Part shown: in pieces, positions 36,460-44,168 of the stretch
How positions within the stretch are numbered: the first letter of the stretch is position 1
Layout of the letters: each line of letters begins with the position of its first letter
Assembly: GCA_963783835.1 (NCBI GenBank)
Contig: CAWAOX010000014.1
Location: forward strand, 238,614 to 302,613
Source: an uncultured Actinomycetota bacterium
GTDB lineage: Bacteria; Actinomycetota; Thermoleophilia; RBG-16-64-13
Direction of reading: 5' to 3'
DNA length: 64,000 bases
The notes under the pieces: model-generated
The model's database searches: none
The model's input: only the letters and a program-made list of their open reading frames with translations
What the model was told of the DNA's origin: nothing
Program-made: the position numbers and the translations under genes

Positions 36460-37958
36460 CCTTGCTGGCGCTCGTCGGCACCTGGAGAGAGGTCAACCGC
36501 GGGCCACCCCAACGACCGCGCGATATCTCGCGCGGCCCGGACTCCCGACGAAAGGCTGGCTGCGTAGTCCTGGGCTCCCGCCGATCGCCCCACGACCCAG
36601 ACCGGCCCCGGCTCTCCGCCGCACACCATTCTGCCGGTGTCGCTGACTCCGACTACCGTCAGTCCTATGACAGTCGAGGGCATCCGGCTCGCGATCGGTC
36701 CCACGTCGCCATGCGCGACCGCAGCCATCTCGCCGGCAAACAAGCCCCCGGGAGCCAGGTACACCTCGGATGTCGCCGCCCCGTCAGGGGAGAGCGTGGG
36801 GAGTCTTGCCGGTTCCCCCTGCGCGCTGATGCCCGTCATCATCACCATTCGATCGACCCTGAGATCCGCCTGCCAGTGCGGAGCAGGGGGATAGTCGACC
36901 GGCCAGCAGTCCAGCCCTGACCCTGAGCCCGCCGGGAGGAGCGGCTCTTCCGACAGTATGGGAGAAGCGAGTTCGCCGAGGCCCTCATGGCTGGTGTCAA
37001 GTCCGCCGAGGCCTTCGTGGTTTCTCGCGACTTCGCTGCCGTCCGAATACGCGCTGTGCGCCTCGGAGCCCGGCGGACGCGGAGCCCGATGGTCGCCCCC
37101 GACACCGTCGTCAACCCGGCCCTGCGCCGCCGACCAGCCCTGGTCCGCCAACCAGCCCTGCGCCCTTGCGCTTCGCACGGAGGCGCGCGGCCCCACTTCC
37201 ATGGCCACTTCCCGGAACTCCGCTCCCAGCGTTTCGAGGGCAGCGCACAGTCCTGCCGACGCGGGCTCCCCGTAACGCCCCCGGTGCGCAGCATCGGTGC
37301 CCGCATTGATGGGGGCCCCAAGGCTCAGTCCGACGGCCACGACCGCGGCGTCCGCCTCGAATACTTCCCCGAATATAGTCTCCACCTGGACCCGCTGCTC
37401 GGGCGCGCCGCAGACCCGTCGCTCAGGCACGTCGGCCGCCTGCTCTGGCGTGCGTCCCGCAAGTCCCCCGTCTGACCGGGCAGCCGCCTTTTCAGGCAAC
37501 CCCCGCTCGGCACCGCTACCGCTGCCGACGAGACGAACATCGGTGACGAATCCTTGCCGGAACTCGAGCCGGGCAATGCCTTCCAGAGCTCTCTTCGTTT
37601 CGACGCTGATCTTGCGGCGGTCGATGTTGAGGATCGCCTCGCCGCTCGCAGGCTTCGTCGCAGCCTGGAGCCAGACGCTGCGCAGAGGTAGCGGCAACCC
37701 CCGCAGCGCCTCCTCGGCCCCCCGCCACCCTTCGCCGCTGCCGATCAGGTCAGGTCCGTAGGCAGGCAGCCCGACCCTATCCATCGCACTGTTCATGAGG
37801 GTGACGTGCAGCCCGGCCGAGGCAAGCGCGGCCGCGCACGCGCAGCCCGACACACCGGCGCCGACCACGATCACCGTGGGAGGGGCTCCCCGCCCCTCGG
37901 CCGCCCCTCGGGCGCCGGGCGCTACCTCCCCAACTCTGCCCTCGCTCAGACCGTCCAT
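36447..37958 (-). CDS. divergent FAD/NAD(P)-binding oxidoreductase with MnmG/TrmFO-like motifs, long low-complexity insertions
   Basis: 'TVIVVGAGVSGCACAAALASAGLHVTLMNS' Rossmann motif; C-terminal 'GLFAGEM...' and 'PVWVVGRSAGAQDYAASLSSGVRAARDIA' resemble the MnmG 'GLFxAGQxNGTxGYEEAAAQG' region; start abuts mnmE stop, end overlaps mnmG start. Confidence 0.55.
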   Translation of the reverse strand: MDGLSEGRVGEVAPGARGAAEGRGAPPTVIVVGAGVSGCACAAALASAGLHVTLMNSAMDRVGLPAYGPDLIGSGEGWRGAEEALRGLPLPLRSVWLQAATKPASGEAILNIDRRKISVETKRALEGIARLEFRQGFVTDVRLVGSGSGAERGLPEKAAARSDGGLAGRTPEQAADVPERRVCGAPEQRVQVETIFGEVFEADAAVVAVGLSLGAPINAGTDAAHRGRYGEPASAGLCAALETLGAEFREVAMEVGPRASVRSARAQGWLADQGWSAAQGRVDDGVGGDHRAPRPPGSEAHSAYSDGSEVARNHEGLGGLDTSHEGLGELASPILSEEPLLPAGSGSGLDCWPVDYPPAPHWQADLRVDRMVMMTGISAQGEPARLPTLSPDGAATSEVYLAPGGLFAGEMAAVAHGDVGPIASRMPSTVIGLTVVGVSDTGRMVCGGEPGPVWVVGRSAGAQDYAASLSSGVRAARDIARSLGWPAVDLSPGADERQQGCGA

Positions 37959-39749
37959 CTACTTCCCCAGGCAGAATCGACTGAATATCTCGTCCAGAAG
38001 GTCCTGCGTCAGGTCCTCGCCGGTGATGCGGCCGAGCGCCTGGACCGCCCCCCGGATGTCCTCGCAGATCAGTTCCTCGTCGCTGCCACGCGAAGTCGCG
38101 CTCAGCGCCGCTTCAGTTCTATCGAAAGCCTCTCCCACCAACCCGCGCTGGCGCTCGCTCGCGAGGACCGGCTCCTCGAGGTGAAGCCCCTCGCCGCCAC
38201 TGATGATGCGCTGGACCACATCTCGGAGATCGTCGACACCCTCGCCAGTCATCGCGGACACGGGACATATGTTCCAAGCGGCTGCTCCACACTCGGGCCC
38301 GTTACCCAAGTAAATCCCGACAGCCTCGGCTCTCTCGTCCCTGTCGGCGACCAGGTCGATCTTGTTGCAGACGACGATCGAGCGAGCCCGATCGAGTCCA
38401 TGGACGAGTTCGCGGTCTCCGTCGTCCCAGGGCCTCGAGATGTCGACGACGGCAAGCACGAGATCCGCTTGTTCCATGGCCCTTACCGAACGCTCGACCC
38501 CCAGACGCTCGATGTGATCGCCGCCCGCCCGTATGCCCGCAGTGTCGACAAGATGGATGGGGATACCTCCGATCTCCATGAGCTCCTCGACGGTGTCGCG
38601 GGTCGTCCCAGGGATATCCGACACGATCGCCCTCTCCCGCATGAGCAAAGCGTTGAGGAGTGAGCTCTTGCCTACGTTTGGTTTGCCCACGATTGCCGTT
38701 CGCACGCCCTGCTCGAGGGCCCGACCGACGAACGCAGTCCGGAGCAGCCGGTCGAGATCTGCCCGGGCGGTCAGCAGCCCTTCGCCCAGACCGGCCCAGT
38801 CAAGTGGGTCAACATCCTGGTCGGAGAAGTCCACCGTCGCCTCGATCTGCGCCAGCAAGCCGAGCAGAGAGCGCCTCACCGCGCGCAGCCTGTCGGACAG
38901 CCCACCCTCCAGCTGGCGCAGGGACGCGCGCAGCGCGCCGGAGCTGCGCGCGGCCACGATCGCGGCCACGCTCTCCGCTTGGGCGAGGTCGATCCGCCCG
39001 TTCAGAAACGCCCGCCGCGTGAATTCTCCCGGTTCGGCGAGACGTGCGCCAGAACCCGTGAGCAGCCTAAGCACCGCTCTTTGCGCTGCGATCCCGCCGT
39101 GGCAGTGCACTTCGACTATGTCATCGCGCGTGTATGAGTGCGGGCCGCGCATCACGGCCAACAGGACCTCGTCGACGTCTTCCCCGACACGGGGATCGAA
39201 GATATGACCGTACAGAAGGCGGTGCGTCTCGTCGGGCCTGAGCGCCGCGCCCCGTCCCTGCCGGAACACCGATGCGGCGATGCTCACCGCTGCCGGGCCG
39301 CTCATCCTCACGATCCCGATCGCCCCCACCCCACTGGCGGTAGACACGGCCACGATCGTGTCCTCACCCCAGGGGGACGTGGCAAGGCCTGCGGTACTCG
39401 TCGCCGGCATACCCGCGGATCCGCGCGTCGGCATAGCGGACACGGCTGCCGGCGTGTCCGGTCCAGCGGGCCCAGGCGAGGGCGAGCGTCGGATATCAGA
39501 GTCGTCGGAGATCATTGGCAGCGCCGGACTGTGTTCGAAAGGGTCAGAAGAGAGCCAAGATGATGCCAGAAAAACCTCTGCTCGACCATGCTCGCCGCGT
39601 CGCCGTAGAGTTCCTCCCAGCTGTCGGCCGCCTTGCCTCTGAGCGCCTCGGCCCGCCGAGCCGCGCCGCGGCTCGGTCCCCGCCTGCCTAGCGCCGTGAA
39701 TCGCGGAGCGGCGAAATGACCACGCAACGGTTCGGTTCCCGGCCCTCAC
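37959..39749 (-). CDS. mnmE: tRNA modification GTPase MnmE (TrmE); ORF carries a ~110-130-aa basic/low-complexity N-terminal extension and the true start is probably an internal Met (M79/M106/M114)
   Basis: 'DTIVAVSTASGVGAIGIVRMSG', G-domain 'IVGKPNVGKSSLLNAL...DTAGIR', C-terminal 'CxGK' ('FCLGK'). Confidence 0.85.
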   Translation of the reverse strand: MRAGNRTVAWSFRRSAIHGARQAGTEPRRGSAGRGAQRQGGRQLGGTLRRRGEHGRAEVFLASSWLSSDPFEHSPALPMISDDSDIRRSPSPGPAGPDTPAAVSAMPTRGSAGMPATSTAGLATSPWGEDTIVAVSTASGVGAIGIVRMSGPAAVSIAASVFRQGRGAALRPDETHRLLYGHIFDPRVGEDVDEVLLAVMRGPHSYTRDDIVEVHCHGGIAAQRAVLRLLTGSGARLAEPGEFTRRAFLNGRIDLAQAESVAAIVAARSSGALRASLRQLEGGLSDRLRAVRRSLLGLLAQIEATVDFSDQDVDPLDWAGLGEGLLTARADLDRLLRTAFVGRALEQGVRTAIVGKPNVGKSSLLNALLMRERAIVSDIPGTTRDTVEELMEIGGIPIHLVDTAGIRAGGDHIERLGVERSVRAMEQADLVLAVVDISRPWDDGDRELVHGLDRARSIVVCNKIDLVADRDERAEAVGIYLGNGPECGAAAWNICPVSAMTGEGVDDLRDVVQRIISGGEGLHLEEPVLASERQRGLVGEAFDRTEAALSATSRGSDEELICEDIRGAVQALGRITGEDLTQDLLDEIFSRFCLGK

Positions 39750-40452
39750 TTGCCGTCGCCACGTCCGTCCTGCCCCTGAGAGTGAGGTGGACGATCTTGC
39801 GTTCCGCGGGCGTCATCGGCGTCAATTGGGCGGGGCGCCCGCGCTTCGCAACCTCGTCGGCTTTGCGCAGAGCGACCCGTTCGATCTGCCGGCGACGGCG
39901 CTCCTTGTAGCCCTCAGCGTCCAAGTCGACGCGCCTCCGCGGATGGGCGCCCGCAAAGACGGCTATGCTGGCAAGATACTCGACCGCGTCGATAGTCTGC
40001 CCGCGGCGGCCGATGAAGATGCCCATGTCCTCGCCGCTTATCTCGGCGGACAACTCCTCGGGCCCCTCGGTGATACGGATCTCGCCGGGCAATCCCAGTT
40101 CGTCGAGCACCCGGGATAGGAAAGCGCGAAGGCGGGCCGCGTCGGGGCTGTCCTCGCTCTCGTCATCCCCGCGCCAAACACCGGTCGGCGTGCGGCCGTA
40201 GTCGTCCTCGAGATCCTCGTCTTCCGCGTCCTCGTCGTGCCTTAGCAGCTCCTCGGGCATCGTATCGTCCTCGGGACCCAGGAAATCAAAATCCTCCCCG
40301 ACCAGCGCGACTTCGACCACCGCATCGACCGCGCCCACCCCCATGAAGCCCTCTTCGGGGGGGATGATGATCGTCACCTCATACTGGTCCTCGGCGAGTT
40401 CGCCGGGGGCGTAATCAAGCTCAGCTAGAGCTCTTTGAACCGCCAGTTCCAC
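39688..40452 (-). CDS. jag: Jag/KhpB-family RNA-binding protein (KH + R3H domains)
   Basis: 'GIFIGRRGQTIDAVEYL' (KH) and 'MTPAERKIVHLTLRG' (R3H); start set at the internal GTG (TVEL) to limit overlap with yidC; could extend to 40512. Confidence 0.7.
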   Translation of the reverse strand: MELAVQRALAELDYAPGELAEDQYEVTIIIPPEEGFMGVGAVDAVVEVALVGEDFDFLGPEDDTMPEELLRHDEDAEDEDLEDDYGRTPTGVWRGDDESEDSPDAARLRAFLSRVLDELGLPGEIRITEGPEELSAEISGEDMGIFIGRRGQTIDAVEYLASIAVFAGAHPRRRVDLDAEGYKERRRRQIERVALRKADEVAKRGRPAQLTPMTPAERKIVHLTLRGRTDVATASEGREPNRCVVISPLRDSRR

Positions 40453-41314
40453 CGTCCGGCCGTTGGCTCTTGCTACCTGTTGCTTGCCCTTTTGCTGCCG
40501 TTTTTTGCCCACTGGTCTTGCCTCCAGTCTTCTTAGCCGGCTGTGTGGACGAGGCCTTCGGCTTGGCCGGTGCAGTCCCCGTCTTGGCAGGCGCCTTTGG
40601 CGGCGCCTTCGCCGGAGTCTTGTCCTTCACCGAAGATGGCGCCACATGCACAGGCACCGGCATCATCCTTTCTGCAACGTATTGCTGAGCTATGGTCCAC
40701 AAGTTAGATGTGAACCAATAGATGAACAAACCCGCAGGCCACTTACCAATGAACATGAAGATACCAACGATGATCGGCATCATATAGGCGATTAGCTTCT
40801 GTTGGCCGACACTCTTTCTTGACATCTGCCATGAAGCCACAAACTGGCTGGCAATGTAAAGAAACATCAAAATGATGTCGAACTTGGTGATGTCCTGTAT
40901 CCACAACCAACTTACGCTGGGGTTTGGAAACGCAAACTCTCCGCCTGGTTGCCCCTGCTCCTGCAACATGTAGTACAAGCCGAAGAAGACCGGCATCTGC
41001 AGCAGGAGCGGGAGGCAGGAGCCGAAGGGGCTCACCTTGTTCTCCTGGTAGAACTCCATGGTCTTCTGATTCAGGAGTTGCTTGTTGTCCTTGTACTTCT
41101 CCTGCAGAGCCTTGATCTCGGGCGCCAGCGCCTGCATAGCGCGCATGCTCTTGATCTGTCGCCACGTGAGGGGGATGAGGATGATCCGTACGATGATAGT
41201 GAGCACCACGATCGACCACGACCAGCTGACGCCCCACCCGTGAATGAACTCCAGGATGTAGAAGAAGAAATCGCTGAGAGGGGATATGAGATCCGAGAGC
41301 CACTCCATGGTCAC
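40421..41314 (-). CDS. yidC: membrane protein insertase YidC (short actinobacterial/Gram-positive type) with K/P/A-rich C-terminal tail
   Basis: 'ILIPLTWRQIKSMRAMQALAPEIKALQEKY', 'GSCLPLLLQMPVFFGLYYML'. Confidence 0.9.
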   Translation of the reverse strand: MTMEWLSDLISPLSDFFFYILEFIHGWGVSWSWSIVVLTIIVRIILIPLTWRQIKSMRAMQALAPEIKALQEKYKDNKQLLNQKTMEFYQENKVSPFGSCLPLLLQMPVFFGLYYMLQEQGQPGGEFAFPNPSVSWLWIQDITKFDIILMFLYIASQFVASWQMSRKSVGQQKLIAYMMPIIVGIFMFIGKWPAGLFIYWFTSNLWTIAQQYVAERMMPVPVHVAPSSVKDKTPAKAPPKAPAKTGTAPAKPKASSTQPAKKTGGKTSGQKTAAKGQATGSKSQRPDGGTGGSKSSS

Positions 41315-41317
41315 CCT

Positions 41318-41716
41318 CTATTCCAGCCCCGTCGGGCAGCGCCCGGGACCGTGGGAACAGTGCTGACCCTCGAACGCAGGCGGCGGGCCGGAGGGTTGAG
41401 CGCCTCGATCGGCGACAGCCAGGGCCGCACCAAGCTGCTTGTTCCTGCCCCGCTTACCAAATATCTTCTGGCGGGAGACCGGATCGTAGCCACCGTAGCT
41501 GAGGGGGTTACACCGGAGGATCCTCCAGGCACCGAGGACGACGCCCCGGGCCGCTCCGTACTCCCTGACGGCGTCGAGCGTGTACTGGGAGCACGAGGGA
41601 TAGAACTTGCACCGCCCGGGAAGCCCCGGCGAGATCACCAACTGATATCCACGGATGGCGCCGACGAACAACGCCCTCACCGGGTTGCGCGTCGTGGTGG
41701 CGAAGACCTGCCTCAC
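41318..41716 (-). CDS. yidD: membrane protein insertion efficiency factor YidD (DUF37) with C-terminal extension
   Basis: 'YQLVISPGLPGRCKFYPSCSQYTLDAVREYGAARGVVLGAWRILRCNP'. Confidence 0.7.
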   Translation of the reverse strand: MRQVFATTTRNPVRALFVGAIRGYQLVISPGLPGRCKFYPSCSQYTLDAVREYGAARGVVLGAWRILRCNPLSYGGYDPVSRQKIFGKRGRNKQLGAALAVADRGAQPSGPPPAFEGQHCSHGPGRCPTGLE

Positions 41717-42114
41717 GAGGACGGTCGCCGTACTTCCGTAGCGGACGAGACAAGAGAGGCCTTGCGGAAGATCTCCAGCATCTTAGCCTCCACGGCCTTC
41801 GACCCACCGGCCTCTAGCAGTTCCACGAGTGGAGTCCGGGCGATAAGAACGAAATCCATATTCCCCTTGAAAGACTGATCATTGGCCCGAAAGGCCTCCC
41901 GCAGGACGCGCTTCACACGATTTCGATCGACGGCGGTACCGAGCCGCTTCGATACCGAGAACCCGACTCGCGGCCTGCCTTCCCCCCCGGGGAGTGCCGG
42001 CTCCGAGCGCTCGAAATAGTATAGGACCAGATATCTGTTGGCAACAGACCGGCCCGCGCGATAGACGCGGGCGAAGTCTTCGGATCGCGAGAGCCGGCCG
42101 CGAGACCGATCCAC
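41713..42114 (-). CDS. rnpA: ribonuclease P protein component
   Basis: 'RLSRSEDFARVYRAGRSVANRYLVLYY...RVGFSVSKRLGTAVDRNRVKRVLREAFR'. Confidence 0.85.
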   Translation of the reverse strand: MDRSRGRLSRSEDFARVYRAGRSVANRYLVLYYFERSEPALPGGEGRPRVGFSVSKRLGTAVDRNRVKRVLREAFRANDQSFKGNMDFVLIARTPLVELLEAGGSKAVEAKMLEIFRKASLVSSATEVRRPSS

Positions 42115-42115
42115 G

Positions 42116-42250
42116 CTACGCCGATAAACGCTTACGACCCTTGTCGCGTCTGCGTTTGAGCACAGCCCTGCCAGCGCGAGTACTCATGCGGACCCGAAAC
42201 CCGTGAGTCTTCTTGCGCTTGCGCTTGTTCGGTTGGTACGTCCTTTTCAC
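42116..42250 (-). CDS. rpmH: 50S ribosomal protein L34
   Basis: '(V)[43 protein letters not shown]'; GTG start chosen by homology to the L34 N-terminus; the longer ORF (to 42310) is not supported. Confidence 0.9.
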   Translation of the reverse strand: MKRTYQPNKRKRKKTHGFRVRMSTRAGRAVLKRRRDKGRKRLSA

Positions 42251-42499
42251 GTTTCCTCGCTTATAGTTCAGCGCCGCGGCAGGCTCTCCGCAGGCGCGAA
42301 GTAAAGACAACTAGCTCCACCCGCCGGCGACTGGCGCCCGCAGGGGTGGCGAAGTATACAAGTCAGTCGTGCACCCGTCAATCGGCAACCACGGCAAAAA
42401 CGGCTGCACCCGCCCGCACATTCCGCTTCCCGCCCGGTTTCGCATGGCGCGTGAGGCGAGCCCCTTGCACACACCCCTCACGAACTCGCCGCTGCGAGC

Positions 42500-43140
42500 G
42501 TACACAGGCTTCTGTGGACACTGTGGAAAAAGCCGCTCGCGCGCCCTCTCGCAAGCGCCACCGCCACTACGGCTGTGGAATTCCTTTCTTTCGCGACCGC
42601 TGACAGCGCACCGAACAAGCCGTGCAGCCGCCAAGCACCCGTCTGATCCCCGCTCGCTGCCCGGAGCCCGCCGCCGAGCGCGGCGACCGCTGCCCGGCGA
42701 CCGGCCGAGCGGCGGTCGGCGGCAGACCGATCGATACCTCTGAAGGGACCGCGCGGCGAGACGGACCACGGCCCGAGCCCGGAGGCGGGACCGGTCGCGC
42801 CCATCCCGGCGCCGGCCTGGCAGCTTGGGACCATTCCGGGCAGCCGCGCACCAGAACCAGCGCTGACCGAGAAACCGAGTTTCCCCATTATCAACAGGAA
42901 ACGTGGTGTATGCGGGAACTGCGTTTCACGGTTCTACCCGTTTTCAACAGGTGTGGAAGATACTGTGGACAAAGTATGAGTTTACCCAGCAAACACGCGC
43001 TCTTCTGATGAAGAAACACCCAGTCGCGGCAAGTGTTACAAAAGGAAATCAATGGACTTTCCGGCGTTCTATGAGCACCCCCCCTGTGGAAAATGCCCCC
43101 ACCGGTGGATACAATGACCGAGTCTTTTTGGCACGCACGG
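42500..43140. promoter_or_regulatory. DnaA-box cluster plus ~260-bp low-GC segment (candidate oriC part 1 / dnaA-operon control region)
   Basis: DnaA-box-like 9-mers read from the sequence: TGTGGACAC 42514-42522, TGTGGAAAA 42523-42531, TTATCAACA 42888-42896, TTTTCAACA 42941-42949, TGTGGAAGA 42952-42960, TGTGGACAA 42964-42972 (perfect TTGTCCACA complement), TGTGGAAAA 43085-43093, GTGGATACA ~43105-43114. GC drops sharply over 42880-43140. Confidence 0.6.
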
Positions 43141-43438
43141 TCTCTACCTATCCCGAAAGGCTCCGGTTTGCCGATGGGCCCGTCCGCAAAGCCTTCAAAC
43201 CTCCCGGCAGAGGACCGGCCGGCCGCGCCCAGAGGAACGGGAGCGCCAGTGGAGGCGGCCGGACTGGCGGGGGCGGCTTCGCCGCTGAGAGACGGAGGGG
43301 CGGACCGGACTGGCGCTGAAGTGCAGGTGAGGCCGTCCCGCCGAAGAGCACCCGGCCCCCCGCGACGATCGCGGCCATCCTGTCGCCGGAGACCCGCCGC
43401 GCATCGCGGTCTACCGCGAGGCCCAGGCCCCCCCTACA

Positions 43439-44113
43439 GTGGTCCCGCTGAACATCCCCCGCGACAGCGCTCGAGATGACTCGGCCGTCCCCCAACTCAT
43501 CGAGCACCTCACCGCTCGGTCCTACTCCCTGGCCAGGGAACAGGGAGGGGCCATCCCGATCGGCGTCTTTCGGGAACTGATCGAGAACCTCGTGCACGCC
43601 TCCTTCGCGGGCGCAGTCATAACCATCCTCGACGGCGGCAACACCGTGCGTATCAGCGACCAGGGGCCGGGCATACCCGACAAGGAAGCCGCGCGTCGGC
43701 CGGGATTCAGTTCGGCCGACGCAGAAGCCAAGCGGTTCATCCGAGGGGTGGGCTCCGGCTTCTCCGTCGTCAGGGAAACGCTGATCGGCCTCGGTGGATC
43801 TCTGGACATCGAGGACAACCTCGGCCGAGGCACGGTCGTCACCGCCCGTGTAGCACCGCCCGCCGAAACGCCTCTCACGCCGGCCCCTGCCCCGGCATAT
43901 AATCTCCCTGAGCGCCAGCTTAAGATTCTGTTGCTGACGGTCGAGCTCGCACCGGTCGGTCCGACCCGTATCGCCCAGGAACTGGGCGTGTCCACCTCGA
44001 CCGCTTATCGGGACCTGGTGTCGTTGGAGCAGGCGGGCTTTGTTGTCTGCCGGCCCAGCGGGCACCGCTCGGCGACAGACGAAGGACTGGCGTATCTCGA
44101 CGCTGTGCTGTGA
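43439..44113 (+). CDS. GHKL-type ATPase (histidine-kinase-like ATPase / anti-sigma-factor-like) fused to a C-terminal MarR/TrmB-like winged HTH
   Basis: N-box 'ELIENLVHAS', G1 'ISDQGPGIP', G2 'GVGSGFSVV', G3 'GGSLDIEDNLGRGTVVTARV'; C-terminal 'ERQLKILLLTVELAPVGPTRIAQELGVSTSTAYRDLVSLEQAGFVV'; GTG start. Confidence 0.7.
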   Translation: MVPLNIPRDSARDDSAVPQLIEHLTARSYSLAREQGGAIPIGVFRELIENLVHASFAGAVITILDGGNTVRISDQGPGIPDKEAARRPGFSSADAEAKRFIRGVGSGFSVVRETLIGLGGSLDIEDNLGRGTVVTARVAPPAETPLTPAPAPAYNLPERQLKILLLTVELAPVGPTRIAQELGVSTSTAYRDLVSLEQAGFVVCRPSGHRSATDEGLAYLDAVL

Positions 44114-44168
44114 TGGTCGCCCCGCTCTCCGGCCGAGGGGCGGCGCTGAAGGGACGTGGGGGACGATC

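Noticed and set aside
42903-43319. 138-aa ORF inside the rpmH-dnaA low-GC/DnaA-box region
   Set aside because: It sits exactly over the DnaA-box cluster and AT-rich segment, with no SD or motifs. It is more plausibly non-coding origin DNA.
43148-44065. 305-aa minus-strand ORF overlapping the GHKL-HTH gene
   Set aside because: The plus-strand frame carries complete, ordered GHKL motifs; the antisense ORF is a compositional artefact.
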